63,435 nt of DNA, filler included, from Choristocarpus tenellus KU-1152 (GCA_964200185.2; 13 parts of 13 records of this genome joined end to end with filler, not necessarily neighbours in it); one strand, 5' to 3'; counted from the first letter of the whole stretch, positions 1 through 12,031 are shown. Numbers and translations are program-made. Notes: generated from the letters alone by a model not told the origin.

Positions 1-20
1 CCCCCCAGATACTTTGACCC
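1..20. mobile_element. Terminus of the MITE family (CCCCCCAGATACTTTGACCC)
   Basis: Matches the terminal inverted repeat of the complete copy at 49150-49329; truncated at the window start. Confidence 0.7.
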
Positions 21-116
21 TGCTACTTTTGGGGGGGGGAGGGGGGGTTGCTGGAAGATAAGCCTCAAATACTTTCCTATGGTGACAACCTTTTGGCTGC
101 CTTGTTGCTGCTAAAG

Positions 117-1390
117 GTGAAAACAAGAGTAGAGATGGTCGAACCGCTTTCCGAATGGAGTTTGGTGCATCATCATCTGCAAGGGTCCTCACAAAATCAG
201 ACGCCAACACAGTACCAGTCTGAAAAGTATAGGGTGGAGGGGTCAAAGGTTTGATGAAGTTGAAGTGTCAGTGTGTTGGTTTTGAATCAGATGTGGATGT
301 TGAGTTCTACATGGGCTAAGGAATATGCTTCACTGCTGTTGTTTTTTGTATGCATGTGTGGTGGGTGGGTGTTGCCAAGGTGAGGAAGGGATTGGACATG
401 TCCAGTGAGAGAGTGGAGCTGCTCCCACCTGGTGGCTACTGTGAGGTGAGGGGAGGGGAGGGTGTTGGAAGTGGTACTTTTAACAGTGCCTCTTTGGTGA
501 CTCCAAGTGTTACTGGTAATATTATTTTCCTTTTCTTACTTTAGATGTATTTGTCGTAAAAAAAAAATTACAGGGGGGTGGAGGGTTGCTTAAGAAAAAA
601 TTCCTATGATAGCATAGTATAATAGTATAATTTTTTTCTTTGTTTGATGTGGTGATACTCTGAAAATATATTTATATTGGGGGGGGGGAGGGGGGGAGGA
701 GGAACAGTTTATTACTTATGTAATACTATGGGGTTGCTGAAACATCTACCTCGATATATATGCTTGTTTGGTTTTCTTTTAAACTCTTGTGTACAGTATT
801 GTATGTATCAGGGCAACATATAGGTTATGTTGGTTTAATGGTGCTAGCCTAGAAATATACATGTGTAATTTGATTCTTATTTTTAAAAGAGAAATTATAT
901 ATATATATATGTGTGTGTGTCTGTCTGTTTGGCAGGAAGGTGTTGTAAACAATAATAATAATATTAAAGTGAACTCTGCTTTTATGTTGGTTGTATGCCC
1001 TTTCTCCTCCTCCCTGACAACGCCTGCAAATGTGTCAGTGGGGCGTATGAAATAAACTTCAAAAAAGCCAAAACTTGGAAGGGATTATCTTAGAATTATT
1101 GTAGTGCAGTTTTTTTTTCTTTGTTAAAAATTGTTTTGCTGTCGTGCAACATGCAGGTTTTGGTAGAGGAACAGGTGGGGAGGCGTGTTTATCTTGTTAG
1201 CCCTGTCTGCGGGTGGGCAAGCCTGAGGAGCGCTCCTCAGGGTTACACCATCCTAGAACCCCTGGAGAGGAAGAGTTTTACGCGCTGGGGGAGGCGGCGT
1301 ATGCACCTCACCCTCTGCGGGCATGCAGTTCACCTGTCTTGCTGGGACTCCTACTTCGCTTCACTGATTGATCGCTCACAGCCCAACCAG
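117..1390 (+). CDS. Internal exons of a UBR1/UBR2/PRT6-like N-recognin E3 ubiquitin ligase (second half of the split RING-H2, preceded by an SH3-like module); partial gene
   Basis: Three phase-0 AG/GT-bounded exons 117-248, 380-445 and 1157-1390 splice to ...KYRVEGSK|VRKGLDMSSERVELLPPGGYCE|VLVEEQVGRRVYLVSPVCGWASL...MHLTLCGHAVHLSCWDSYFASL. CGHxxHxxCWxxYF is the characteristic second half of the UBR1-family RING-H2. Confidence 0.7.
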
Positions 1391-2555
1391 GTGTGCTTTT
1401 TTTTTTAGTGTTTTATGTTTTATGTTTTTATTTTACTTTTTGGGAAGAGGCATATCGTGCTCTGCTGCTGTACAAGATGATAGTCCTCTTTTTTATTTTA
1501 TCTGACACGCAAGAAATGTATTTTATGTTTTTTTTAAGTAGTGGAGAGAGGCACCGCCTGCCCGAAGTGGAGTTTGTCGAGTGATGGAAACGGACACTAC
1601 TACTTTTGTTATTATGTTGAAGTAGGTGAGATTGAGTTTAGGGTTAGAGTTAGGGATAGGGATAGTGTTAGGGTTAGTGTTAGTCAAAAGTGAAGAGAAC
1701 AAAAGTAGAGAGCCAAAAAAAAAATAGTGCGTCTGAGAATGTTTTCGGGGTTCTTAGTCGGACTCTCTTTGATCTACGTACAGAGTTGTTGGTATTGCAG
1801 TGATCTTGTTAGGGGGGGCGAGGGTTGTAAGGACTAGGGGTTGGTTGTAGGCTCGTTGGGCTACACGAACCTCAACTTTCATGTCCGATGAAAATCCACA
1901 ACTCACAAAGAGGATTTCCAACCTGCTTATATTGACTGGTTTTTGTGTTGGTGTCTGATTTTATTTCCCCTTGAGAGATCATGCACCCACTTGCAAATTT
2001 GGACAGAACAACTCCAATCTATCGTGGTGAAGAACAGGCCTGCATTATTAAGCCGAACTTCTTATTGGTTGGAATAAGAGTGGGGGGGGGGGGGGGGGGT
2101 GCCTTTTTTTTTTTTGGGGTATTAGGTTTAGGTTTGGGGTTGTCTCTTTTGGNNNNNNNNNNACTCCCCTATTTTATTGGTGAGAGAGTGCGTGTGTTTT
2201 ATATTTGGATTTGTTTGTTTGGGTTGGAGGGGGGGGGGGGGGGGGGGGGGGGGATTGCCTCTTTATTTTTTGAGGTATTAGGTTTAGGGTTTGGAGTTCC
2301 ACTTTTGAGCGATGGTTGCGATTGGGTTTTTTTTGTGTGTTTGTCTGTCTGGTGGGTAAGGTTTGGGAGTTTTTGGCGTGATTTTTTTTTTAATTTTTTT
2401 CAGGGTTCGAAACAGGGTTGAATATTTCGTTTTGGATCACTAATAGTTATTTTTTTGTATTTTTATTTATGTATTGTACTGTTTTGAAGGATAACATATC
2501 ATAACGCCTCCTTTGTTCAGGTGTTATCCTTTGGTGTGTGGTAGTCTGCCGCTCA

Positions 2556-2558
<3 letters not shown>

Positions 2559-2607
<49 letters not shown>
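2559..2607. repeat. (CT)n microsatellite
   Basis: Direct reading; followed by poly-C tracts. Confidence 0.95.
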
Positions 2608-2609
<2 letters not shown>

Positions 2610-2864
2610 TTCCCCCCCCCCCACTCTAAAGCCTTGTTTTCCCCCTTGCCCCCCCCCCCCCCCCCCCACTCCCACGCTCTCCCCCCAATCCTTGACTCCC
2701 CCCATGACACCCCAGTTCCATGCTCTCTCTCAAATCTTACTGTCAATTTTATGTCTAATTGATACATCCCCCCCCCCCCTCTCCTTAATCACCGCTGTTA
2801 TCTTTTTCTTGTATCAGACTTTTGATGGGCGTATGTTGGTGGTTTTGGTCCGCACCCAGTTTTT

Positions 2865-2964
2865 NNNNNNNNNNNNNNNNNNNNNNNNNNNNNNNNNNNN
2901 NNNNNNNNTTAATTAATTAANNNNNNNNNNNNNNNNNNNNNNNNNNNNNNNNNNNNNNNNNNNN
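2865..2964. other. Artificial contig-joining spacer N44-TTAATTAATTAA-N44 (first of 12)
   Basis: Identical 100-bp spacers at 2865-2964, 7421-7520, 11932-12031, 14978-15077, 21618-21717, 28773-28872, 38058-38157, 42683-42782, 48253-48352, 52331-52430, 55824-55923 and 59811-59910. The 12-mer puts stop codons in all six frames. Confidence 0.98.
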
Positions 2965-3072
2965 AGTTGTTTGAAAATCACCCCCTTCTACATCGCAGAA
3001 GGTTCAAACTTGCCTGTTACCTCCCCCCCCCCCAAACACCCACATAATCATAAACATACTTGTGCACACAAG

Positions 3073-4830
3073 GATAACCCGTAACATGGGACTGCCAGTT
3101 AGACAATATTGGAAGCTAGTCGGGGCCACCTATGATCTCCGTTTGAAGTGGGAGAATGCTTTTGAGGCAGCAGGGTTAGATGCTGTCATCTTCCCTCCTG
3201 CAGCCCTTCCAGCTCTTCCGCATGGATCGTCAAAGGACCTTACCCCAGCATTTTCCTACACTTTCCTGGCTAACTTGTTGCACTGGCCAGCGGGGGTTGT
3301 CCCTGTCACTACAGTCCGGCCAGAGGAGGAGGTACTTGTCCTGTCTTTCTTACTCTTGCCCATGTTTTCTGTGAACTGTTTTTACATGGGGGAGGGGTTT
3401 CAACATGAATTCTAGTTGTGTTTTTGTGGTTGTTTCAGGGGTGAGGAAGGGAGGGGCGGAGGATAGAGAGTAAGAAGGCGTATGATACGAGGATTTTTTT
3501 TTGTGTCTGACAAGGTTGCTGTAAGGGTTAGGGTTAGGATTTCAATAACCAAGGGAGGGGCATATATCTTGGTTCTCCAGGGTACTTTTGAGGGAGGTAA
3601 AGGGTGGGACACTGTAGTGTCTGCACCACCCCTTGGTCTGACAGGACAATGATATAGCAGTAGAATTGAAGGACAACAAGAGGGTCGTATGTTTGATGGC
3701 TCATCCATCTTTTTTTGATATTTTTTGTGTCATTGTAATTATTGTGTTATTCTGATGTGTTTTTCCTCACTTTTTTATTTACTAGTGATTTCTTTTTAAT
3801 GTAATACACGCAGGAGTACCGGATGGAAACCCTTCCACCAAACCAGAGAGACACAATAGCACGGTTTGCTGAAAAGGCACTAAGGGGATCTGAAGGACTG
3901 CCTGTGGGAGTGCAGGTGTGTTCATGTGATAAACCTAACCCTGTGGACATGCGAGGGACAAAAAGAGGTGCTGGATGATTGGATGATTCTAGTTGAGGAA
4001 CCCCATTGCTAACACCTATTATGTTTGTTGGGGCAAGGGGGAAGGAGAGCGGCTTTTTTTTCACAACTGTTTTTGTGTCACGAGTGCAATTGTGTGTCAC
4101 GAGTGCAATTGTGTGTCACGAGTGCAATTGTGTGTCACGAGTGCAATTGTGTGTCACGAGTGGGATCTTTAATTGCAAATTGATACGTATTCTTATTTTT
4201 TTAGGTGCAAATATGTGTAGGTACTCCCTCTGTTGACATTTTTGCTGATCCAGCGCATGGTCATGCCATTTTTATTTTTATTTATATTTATTGCTCCTTC
4301 TGGTTTTTATTTTGGTTTCATCTATGTTGACCTACGCTACGTTTTTTTTCTGATTTCCAATAATTATGTTCTTGGATCGTATCGTTGTATTGATGACAAA
4401 ACTAACCAATGATTATTACTATTACTGAGAGTCCTCCGTTGGCTACAGCCCATTTAGTAGCAAGTCTTCTTCTCGGCCTGTTTATGTGACTGTTGAACTC
4501 AGTGCAGTGTATGTCATCCTTTCTTGTTTCCTTGGTTTTATATTTGAGATATAGTGTAATCCTCTTGCTCCTTGCCCCTAGGTCTGTTCTTGCACATCAC
4601 ACACTGACTCCTTTGAACCGCTTTCGAAGGCGTCATGACACACTCTCTTCTCTCTTGCTCTTGTCTTGAATTTTTTCCGCCCGTGCCCTTTTTGCCGTTG
4701 AAAAAAATCTTGTAAATGCCATATCAAGATCATGACACTTCCGTTCAAGGATGAACTGGCATTGTTTGTTATGAAGGAGGTGGAGAAGGCTGTCAAGTTC
4801 AAAGACATACCAAAACTTGCCCAACTTTGA
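3073..4830 (+). CDS. Amidase-signature family protein (fatty-acid amide hydrolase-like), last three exons
   Basis: Exons 3073-3331, 3814-3915 and 4729-4830 splice in frame: ...LDAVIFPPAALPALPHG...SYTFLANLLHWPAGVVPVT...|...GSEGLPVGVQ|IMTLPFKDELALFVMKEVEKAV...QL*. These are typical C-terminal motifs of FAAH-like amidases. Confidence 0.9.
4074..4162. repeat. 19-bp intronic minisatellite (TGTGTGTCACGAGTGCAAT) x~4.5
   Basis: Perfect tandem copies inside the amidase intron. Confidence 0.95.
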
Positions 4831-7091
4831 CAAGCACAAACACAACAGCCAAAGTCTTACGTGATAGGCTGATTGTTTGTAGTTGGTGGTGCCACAGAGC
4901 TAGCTCTAGATAATGTAGAGGCCCTATTTTCTTTTTTTTTGTCTTGATTTTAAAACCAGAAAGGAAACTTCTTCACTAAAGGTTGTGTGTGCTTATGCTA
5001 TTATTGTTTCATCATTGTTGTTGAAGTTTATACTGGAAAAAAAAAAGCTATTTCATTTGAAATGGTCCTATGGTTATCAAAAAAAGACACCTTCTGTGTG
5101 GTGTGAACTGAGGAAGGATATGTCTCTGCCAGTGTGGTTTGTGCTTGCATTTATTGGCAGGTTAGGTTCAGGGAGAAATCAAGACCTCCACTGTGTTGTT
5201 TTCAACACACTTAGTCTTCTTAAAGTTGATTGTGCCAATGTGCATTGTTAAGAGAGGATGAAAAGATGGCATCAATAGAAAAAGAAAAGGTGACCAGAAC
5301 CATAACCAGCAATATCCTTGGGGTTTGAATTTTTCTGAACAGAGAAGAGGAATGCGCTACTTGGGAGGGTGCCTTGTTTTGAATTTTTGTTTTTATTATT
5401 ATTATTATTATCATCTGCTCTCCTACTGATGAAGGCACAATCATAAAGAGCTACGTGTGTAGCCTCCGCTAGAAGTGATGTGGCCACATCTAGTAGTGTT
5501 GTTATTTCATCTGCTGTTTCAAGGCTGATACAGATAGTATGGAGAGTAGTTCATTCTATTAAAAAATGTTCTTCCTTCTCTCCTCCCCCTGATGGCATGT
5601 ACAAAAAAATGAAGCAGCATATCATAGATATGGTTTGTCTCATCAAAGAGTCTCAAGAAATATGAAAACAATAAAAAAATGGTCAGTAACATCACAAGAT
5701 GGAAGTTATCTAAAACACCAGAGACGGTGCGTTGCACAAACCTGAAACGATGATTAGGAGAGAGTTTGGGTTGATTTGATGGCTATTCAATGTTATTCAA
5801 GAGAGATGGAAATGAAGACAAATGAAGCAAAAGAGATCTGAAGACCTCAAATCTCTTCCTGTTTTGAGGGACATCACTTGTAAGAGATTATTGTATTACT
5901 TATGTTGAACTGGAGGGATAATTTTGGTGCCATTTTTTCAATAATGAACATAGTATAATCATATAAACTGGAAAAAAAAGTGTAAAAAAATCTGTTCGCG
6001 GAAATAAAAAATGGTCCTGAAAGTTTGTTGCCCTTTTACCTACCATGAACATAAATGGAAACTGTGAATTATTTCTCCAGTTCAATGAAGGTGATATAAG
6101 CGCTGTTAGGGAATAGCTCTTAGTACGCACTCTGTCAAGAACATTGGAAAAAGAGTAGTGCCTGCACACATACTATTATTAATATAGTAGAGAATATATT
6201 ATATATTTCTAGAATGTTCATTTCTAGTCAAATTCAGCATTTTTTGCACAAAATTGCTGCAGCAAAGTGACTGCAATTTGCAGTTTGCCAATTTTTGATG
6301 TCAAGGTTTTCTTTTTAACCTTCATAGAAAAAAAAAAACTCGTAATATTTTAAACCTACGATATACACTACCGATTTTCATCTTGGTTAGTGCAGCAATC
6401 GACCAAATTTTATTTTTTACACATACACAATATAACAAGCTCATCAGTCACAGTGCTTCATAAGGAAAGGTGGGCTGAGAAGTGCTCACGAATCTCCCCT
6501 CCCCCTGACACACATACAACTTGTCTCTGGGTATGTCAGCCACAAAGAGATGATACCAACAAGCTAAATCAGGCATTCAAGCACACCTGTGAAACTGTTA
6601 CCTAGAACTTCCCATCAGGTTAAAATTCATACTGCTACAAGCGCACTAGTGAACCAAGTTTTGATGTATTTCAATCCACCAGATAGCCAAAAGATACCCA
6701 GCAGTCACAGGGTAATTGGAAAGCATCAATACACCCATATTATACTTCAAAATATAGCACACTAGGTGCTGTAACATTTCCACACAAGCACCTTTCCCCC
6801 TCTCACTGTAACATATCACAGCACCTGATGCCCATATCGGTTACACTAGAGTTATGGGTATAGAATTGACCCACTATCCTAATCAGGATGACCTACAATA
6901 TACATAAAACTCAGCAGGAAGTAGTCCCAACTCCTTACTATTTTTTGAGTGGCACCATAGACCTACTTCACTCTTGCTTCCTCTTGAATTGTACTGCACA
7001 TAGAATACAACCTCAACCATGCCATAACACCTCAAAAAAAGGTTTTCTATATGAAGGGGTGGCAATTCCATCCTCCTCATTCCTCAGACCC

Positions 7092-7379
7092 TTAAGTTCC
7101 TCCTGATACCCTGGTGGTGGGCTCTGTCCTGGGCTGACTCAAGCTGGTCTTAACTTTTCCTCTGTCTCGCCTTACCAATGTAATGAAAGCCGGAATAGAA
7201 CGAAGCATCTCTTTGACACGCCGTGGCATGCGTTGCTCCCCGCTACTAGCGCCACCACCGCCTTGCCTGAGGTCGTAAGTTCTGTGGCATCCTCCTCCTG
7301 GAGCACCAGTTCTCTCCTCAACACGCATTGATGTGGCATATCGGTCAACAACTACTACAGCACCGTCATCAAATATAAC
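7092..7379 (-). CDS. Terminal exon encoding a polo-box domain resembling PB3 of PLK4/SAK
   Basis: After a minus-strand AG: VIFDDGAVVVVDRYATSMRVEE...RTYDL...RMPRRVKEMLRSIPAFITLV...*. The VxFxDG beta-strands and the C-terminal [LM]PxxVKxxL helix match the polo-box pattern. The kinase domain is not on this contig. Confidence 0.6.
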   Translation of the reverse strand, partial: VIFDDGAVVVVDRYATSMRVEERTGAPGGGCHRTYDLRQGGGGASSGEQRMPRRVKEMLRSIPAFITLVRRDRGKVKTSLSQPRTEPTTRVSGGT

Positions 7380-8233
7380 CTTAGGGGGTGGGGGGTGGGG
7401 GGTTGGGGGGGAGGTTTCTTNNNNNNNNNNNNNNNNNNNNNNNNNNNNNNNNNNNNNNNNNNNNTTAATTAATTAANNNNNNNNNNNNNNNNNNNNNNNN
7501 NNNNNNNNNNNNNNNNNNNNACCCTCGTTGACTCAAATCAACCAAATGTAGAACAGTTACAGAGGAGTACCACAACAGAACATCGCCTGCTGGTGGTGAT
7601 GAACTCCCTGTTAAATTGCGTTGGTGAAGGAAACCACTATGTACCTCCTAACGCAAGCCAGAGTACGAAGTGGTTTTGATGAGTCTCCTGTTAGACGAGC
7701 TCGGAATGAGATGGGTACTGCCTCTCCTGCATTGTTTGTCCTTGTTTGACTTCTGCAAGTGGCCTTACACCGATCACACTTTTCTATAATGTTCTTGAAA
7801 TATTCTATAATGTCCTTGGAATAGTTCTTTTTTATCACGGCACTGCCTTTGCAACATTGGGTGGCGGGCTGAGTGGCAACTGAAGGAGAAAGAAAAGGTA
7901 TAGATTAAAAAAAAAAGTATAAATCCATCAACACACCCTAACCCTAAGTACTTAAAACGATAACGACGTTAAACCAGCAAGCAGCAGTAGTAGGCTATTA
8001 CTCCCCCGCCTTCCACACACACAAATGCCCCCACTCCTTCCGCTTCACCCTATTGCCACTCCCTACGATGGTGTCAACAACGACACCATGGCTGTTCCCA
8101 AGTGGACAGGAGTCAAATCCACCTGGGCGGCATCCCTAGGGATGCGGACCATAATGGCCAGGTGTTGACTCACTGTCCTCACGAACACGAACACTCCAGT
8201 CCTAACCCTAACCCTAACCCTAACCCAATGAAG

Positions 8234-11200
8234 GTTTCGGATGAGGGCGTTCAGACAGACGAGCCAAGCGCTATTGCAGCTTCCCGATTGGTACCTACGT
8301 CTCTGCGTTCTGGGGTATGCGCTTGTGCTGAGGGGGACAAGGACGGTGACTTGGTCAGATTCAACACATCAGTTGCAACGACCATGCTGTCTGTTGCGCA
8401 GCGAATCAGTGAAATGGATGCAAGGTCATTGGCACATTCAGGCTGTGTTGAGGAGAAGACCCGACGACAACTGCACCAAACAATTCAGGATGTGGTGAGA
8501 GTGGAAAACCAATTCTGCATCCTTGTTATGGAGTACGTTTGTTTTTTTGTTTTGTTTTTTTTGGGGGGGGGGTTCCCCTTTTGTGTGCGAAATGTAAGGG
8601 TTAGAGTTAGGGTTAGGGTGAGATGTGAGAGTGTTACTTCAATAAAGTGTTTGTTGTTTTGGATTATCAACAAGAAACGTCCCTTGGGTTAGGGTTAGTG
8701 AATGATATCTCAGGTCAAATCTGGTAGAATATTGACTTGGTCGGTATTCAGGGAGTGTATAGGGGTTGATTTGAGCTGGTGTGGTATGGTGTATGACTGT
8801 ATGACCTTGCAAGAAACAGTGAGTACATTTGTACGTCGTGGACAACATATGTCTCAACACTGTGTTATGCACGTAACACTATGTTGGATATATAGAACAT
8901 TTGGTGAAATGTTCGCACCTGTGTTTACAAAAGAACATTGCTATTTATTTTTTTGTACTGTCAGTGACTATACTACAACTGTCATACCATCCCAATGACC
9001 CACCACTCTCTGTCACTGCCCTGGAATTTTCCATGTTGAGACGGGTTTTTCCAATGAGATGACCCCATGTTTTTTTTCCCTTCTTAAAGTCTCTTTAGTA
9101 TGGAAAATTTTTAGTATGGAAACTTCTTACTCAAGGAAAGTAGTACTGTGGATGCTATCGCTATCTCATATCTCAAGAAATGAGATTCCTAGTAGCAGCC
9201 TTGGTCTTTCAAGGAGGAAGGGGGGCAAGAAGGGGTCATATGTAGAAGTCACAGCAATGCTTCAGGTCTTGGAAAGCGATGTTGGAATGGGGTGAGCAGT
9301 TTGGATTGAGTGCAAGGTTGGATTGATCATGGTGTATTTTTGACAGATGCTAACATAGTAGTATGGAGTTGGATTGTTCCAAGAGAGTGATTGGAGGAAA
9401 TAAAAAATAAAAATAGAGATGCTGGTTTTATGGTTGTGATCGACCTGTAACAAATTGTGAGTCAATGTTGATGGAGTTGTGTTGTAGGTCGAGAGATGGC
9501 AGAAGAGTGACCTCAGAATTTTCGTGATTCTGATCCTTTTTTTTTTTACTCATCACCAGACTACAACACAATCTCTTCTCATCAGTCTTGTCTTCACTAA
9601 TATTTTTTGTGTTATTAACATGACTCCTTCGGGCCAGGAGTAGCATTTGCCCTTCCCCTGGTCCTATCCCTTAGTACTAACCGTCCGTTTGGGGCCAATT
9701 TTTTCATGTCGCAATTTCTGGGTGATTTGGTTCCATACGTTGGATGGATAATGAAAGTGCACTTTTCTTGGTTTTGGCCCAAATGGAGACCCTGGTGTAG
9801 ACCCCCCCCCCCCCCCCGCTTCTTTGCTACCCCGGTGNNNNNNNNNNCCCCCCCCAGATACTTTGGGTCTGCTTTAGGTGTGGATGTCTAGTTCAATCTC
9901 TTCATGAAGCTTTTTTGCACCTCCACATTTTAAACTTTTCCCCTCTCTGGGAGGCTCACCTTTATAGGCTGAGTCCACCCGCCAACATGAGTCTAAGGTT
10001 ATAGCTAGTTTGGAGGCATTAGATGTACACAACGAGGATCGGGACAGGGCCATGAGGAAAGAATTTGCTCTGGCCATGGAGCAAACCCGGCGCCACCAAG
10101 ACCGACATGTGCAAGTGCGTTGCTGACCTAACCCTAACCCTAACCCTAATATTTTGACGCAATGTGAACAGAAAGTTCCTTGCAAGCAAGACACTTCATC
10201 GCTGTTGTAGAAGAACTCGTGGATCTGTCTGATTGGCCAATGAAGTGTTGGGATCATCGTTGTAACTTAACTGGTTGGTTGTTCCACCTCTCTCTTCCAA
10301 GTTGAAGATTTTTCCAAGGAGTGACGATTGTAATTGTTCCTTTTATCTAGCGCAGCAATCACGGTCAGGGACACAAAAAGTTGATAGTATTGTTCACTAG
10401 TACAGTAATCCAGTACAGTACTCCGGTACGGTACTCCCGTGTGGTACTCCAGTATGGTACTCCTGTATTGTATTCCAGTATGGTACTCCCGTATGGTGCT
10501 CCAGTATGGTACTCCTGTATTGTATTCCAGTATGGTACTCCCGTGTGGTACTCCAGTATGGTACTCCTGTATTGTATTCCAGTATGGTACTCCCGTATGG
10601 TGCTCCAGTACGGTACTCCTGTATTGTATTCCAGTATGGTACTCCCATGTGGCACTCCAGTATGGTACTCCCGTATGGTGCTCCGGCATGGTATTCCAGT
10701 ATGGTACTCCCAGTATGGTACTCCGGTACGATACTCCTGTCCAAGAACGGAACTATCGGGAGTATTTCTGATAATCAGCTGAACTGGCAGTGGCTTACTT
10801 TTTCACTACTGTTATATACCGTCCTGCTAGCACCCCTACTTTCAGGTGGGCAGAGGTTTAGGATTCCTGTATTTGTTAGCTTCCCAATGATGAGAATGGA
10901 CATGTTTGTATTTGTTGTGCTTGCTTGTGTATGCCCTTCCTGACATGAGAGTGAACACACTCTACCTCTTTCCCAACTTTAGTCTGCGGGGTAATGACTT
11001 TTGTGTGTATATGGGACTAGTGTGCTGATATGATAGCAGGTGGTGGGTTGTTGTCTCAGTGTGTACATGTCACGTGGTGTACAGATTATGGGACTATTTT
11101 TGTATATTGTATGGGGGGTTGGGGTTTCATTGTGTGATTTGTATTTCGTGAATGGTCATTTTACAACTGCAATATATAGTCATCATTCTGGGGGAATTTT

Positions 11201-11931
11201 GGTGAGAGACGAGCTCATGGCAACAATATGACCATAAAGGCGATATTGATTGCGTCTTGGCTGGAGGTGGTGTTATGTGGTATTACGAGAGGAGCGGTGA
11301 AGTCCTTCAAGTGTGTGTGTGTGTGTGTGTGTTTTGAATACATAGATTGGTGACTGTCCAGCTATTTTCTTCGAACTCGCTCTGGAGTTAATCAGTGTAA
11401 TTGAATCATTGACCAATCATGAACTCTTCTTCCTCCCAATAATAATAATATCAACAACATTAGAAGAACACTGTTAGTTTTCTGCTCTAGCTTGTCGTTG
11501 AGATTTCCTCTGGAAGGACTTTGGTCTTGTAACGGTAGGATAGGTATATGCCCTTTCTGTTGCATATACTTCCTGCATCATGAAAGCATTGGAGCAAGAA
11601 GGGGGGGAGTTGAATGGAAGGCATGTTGTCCCTCTGAGTCTCCTTTCATGCATTAATATATGTCCGTCCACTCTGTATTTCTTCCTCTGACTGATTGACC
11701 TGTTCAATCCTAATTCAAATGAAGCCTGCAACAGCACATTGGAAATGAGCTCTTCTACTACAGTAGACATTCTGTTACATCCTCCCTCCCGTCCCCTCCA
11801 ACAGGTCTCACACACAATGCCACCTAGAGAACAGCAGGTGCCCTCTAGCAGAAGTGAGGGGAGTGAGGGGAGTGGTGATAGGGGGGGTATCACTTGCTCC
11901 AGTGGCATCAGCGAGTCACAAGAAGAGTTTG
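8234..11931 (+). CDS. Putative exons of an unidentified coiled-coil/low-complexity protein; partial
   Basis: Open AG/GT-bounded segments 8234-8494 (VSDEGVQTDEP...RQLHQTIQDV) and 9968-10114 (AESTRQHESKVIASLEALD...HVQ), and 11805 to the contig end. No family recognised and intermediate exons unresolved. Confidence 0.4.
9681..9869 (-). mobile_element. MITE family copy (reverse orientation, one end missing, spans a 10-N gap)
   Basis: The reverse complement aligns to 12032-12185 and 49150-49329 (AAAGTGCACTT core, AAATGGA..CCCTG); it ends in CCCCCAGATACTTTGGGTC. Confidence 0.8.
10410..10740. repeat. 13-bp minisatellite (CCAGTATGGTACT) with 52-bp higher-order structure
   Basis: About 25 monomers; variants CCTGTATTGTATT / CCAGTATGGTACT / CCCGT(A/G)TGGT(G/A)CT / CCAGTATGGTACT recur in a fixed order. 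Confidence 0.95.
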
Positions 11932-12031
11932 NNNNNNNNNNNNNNNNNNNNNNNNNNNNNNNNNNNNNNNNNNNNTTAATTAATTAANNNNNNNNNNNNN
12001 NNNNNNNNNNNNNNNNNNNNNNNNNNNNNNN

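Noticed and set aside
2060-2310. Near-duplicated G-tract/GGTATTAGGTTTAGG blocks either side of the 10-N gap (similar case at 32571-32780)
   Set aside because: Most likely low-quality read tails after poly-G representing the same locus twice.
10267-10943. Six overlapping ORFs with repetitive peptides (EYHTG.../VLQYGTP...), and a CRISPR-like look
   Set aside because: By-product of a stop-free 13-bp minisatellite; there are no unique spacers and no cas genes.
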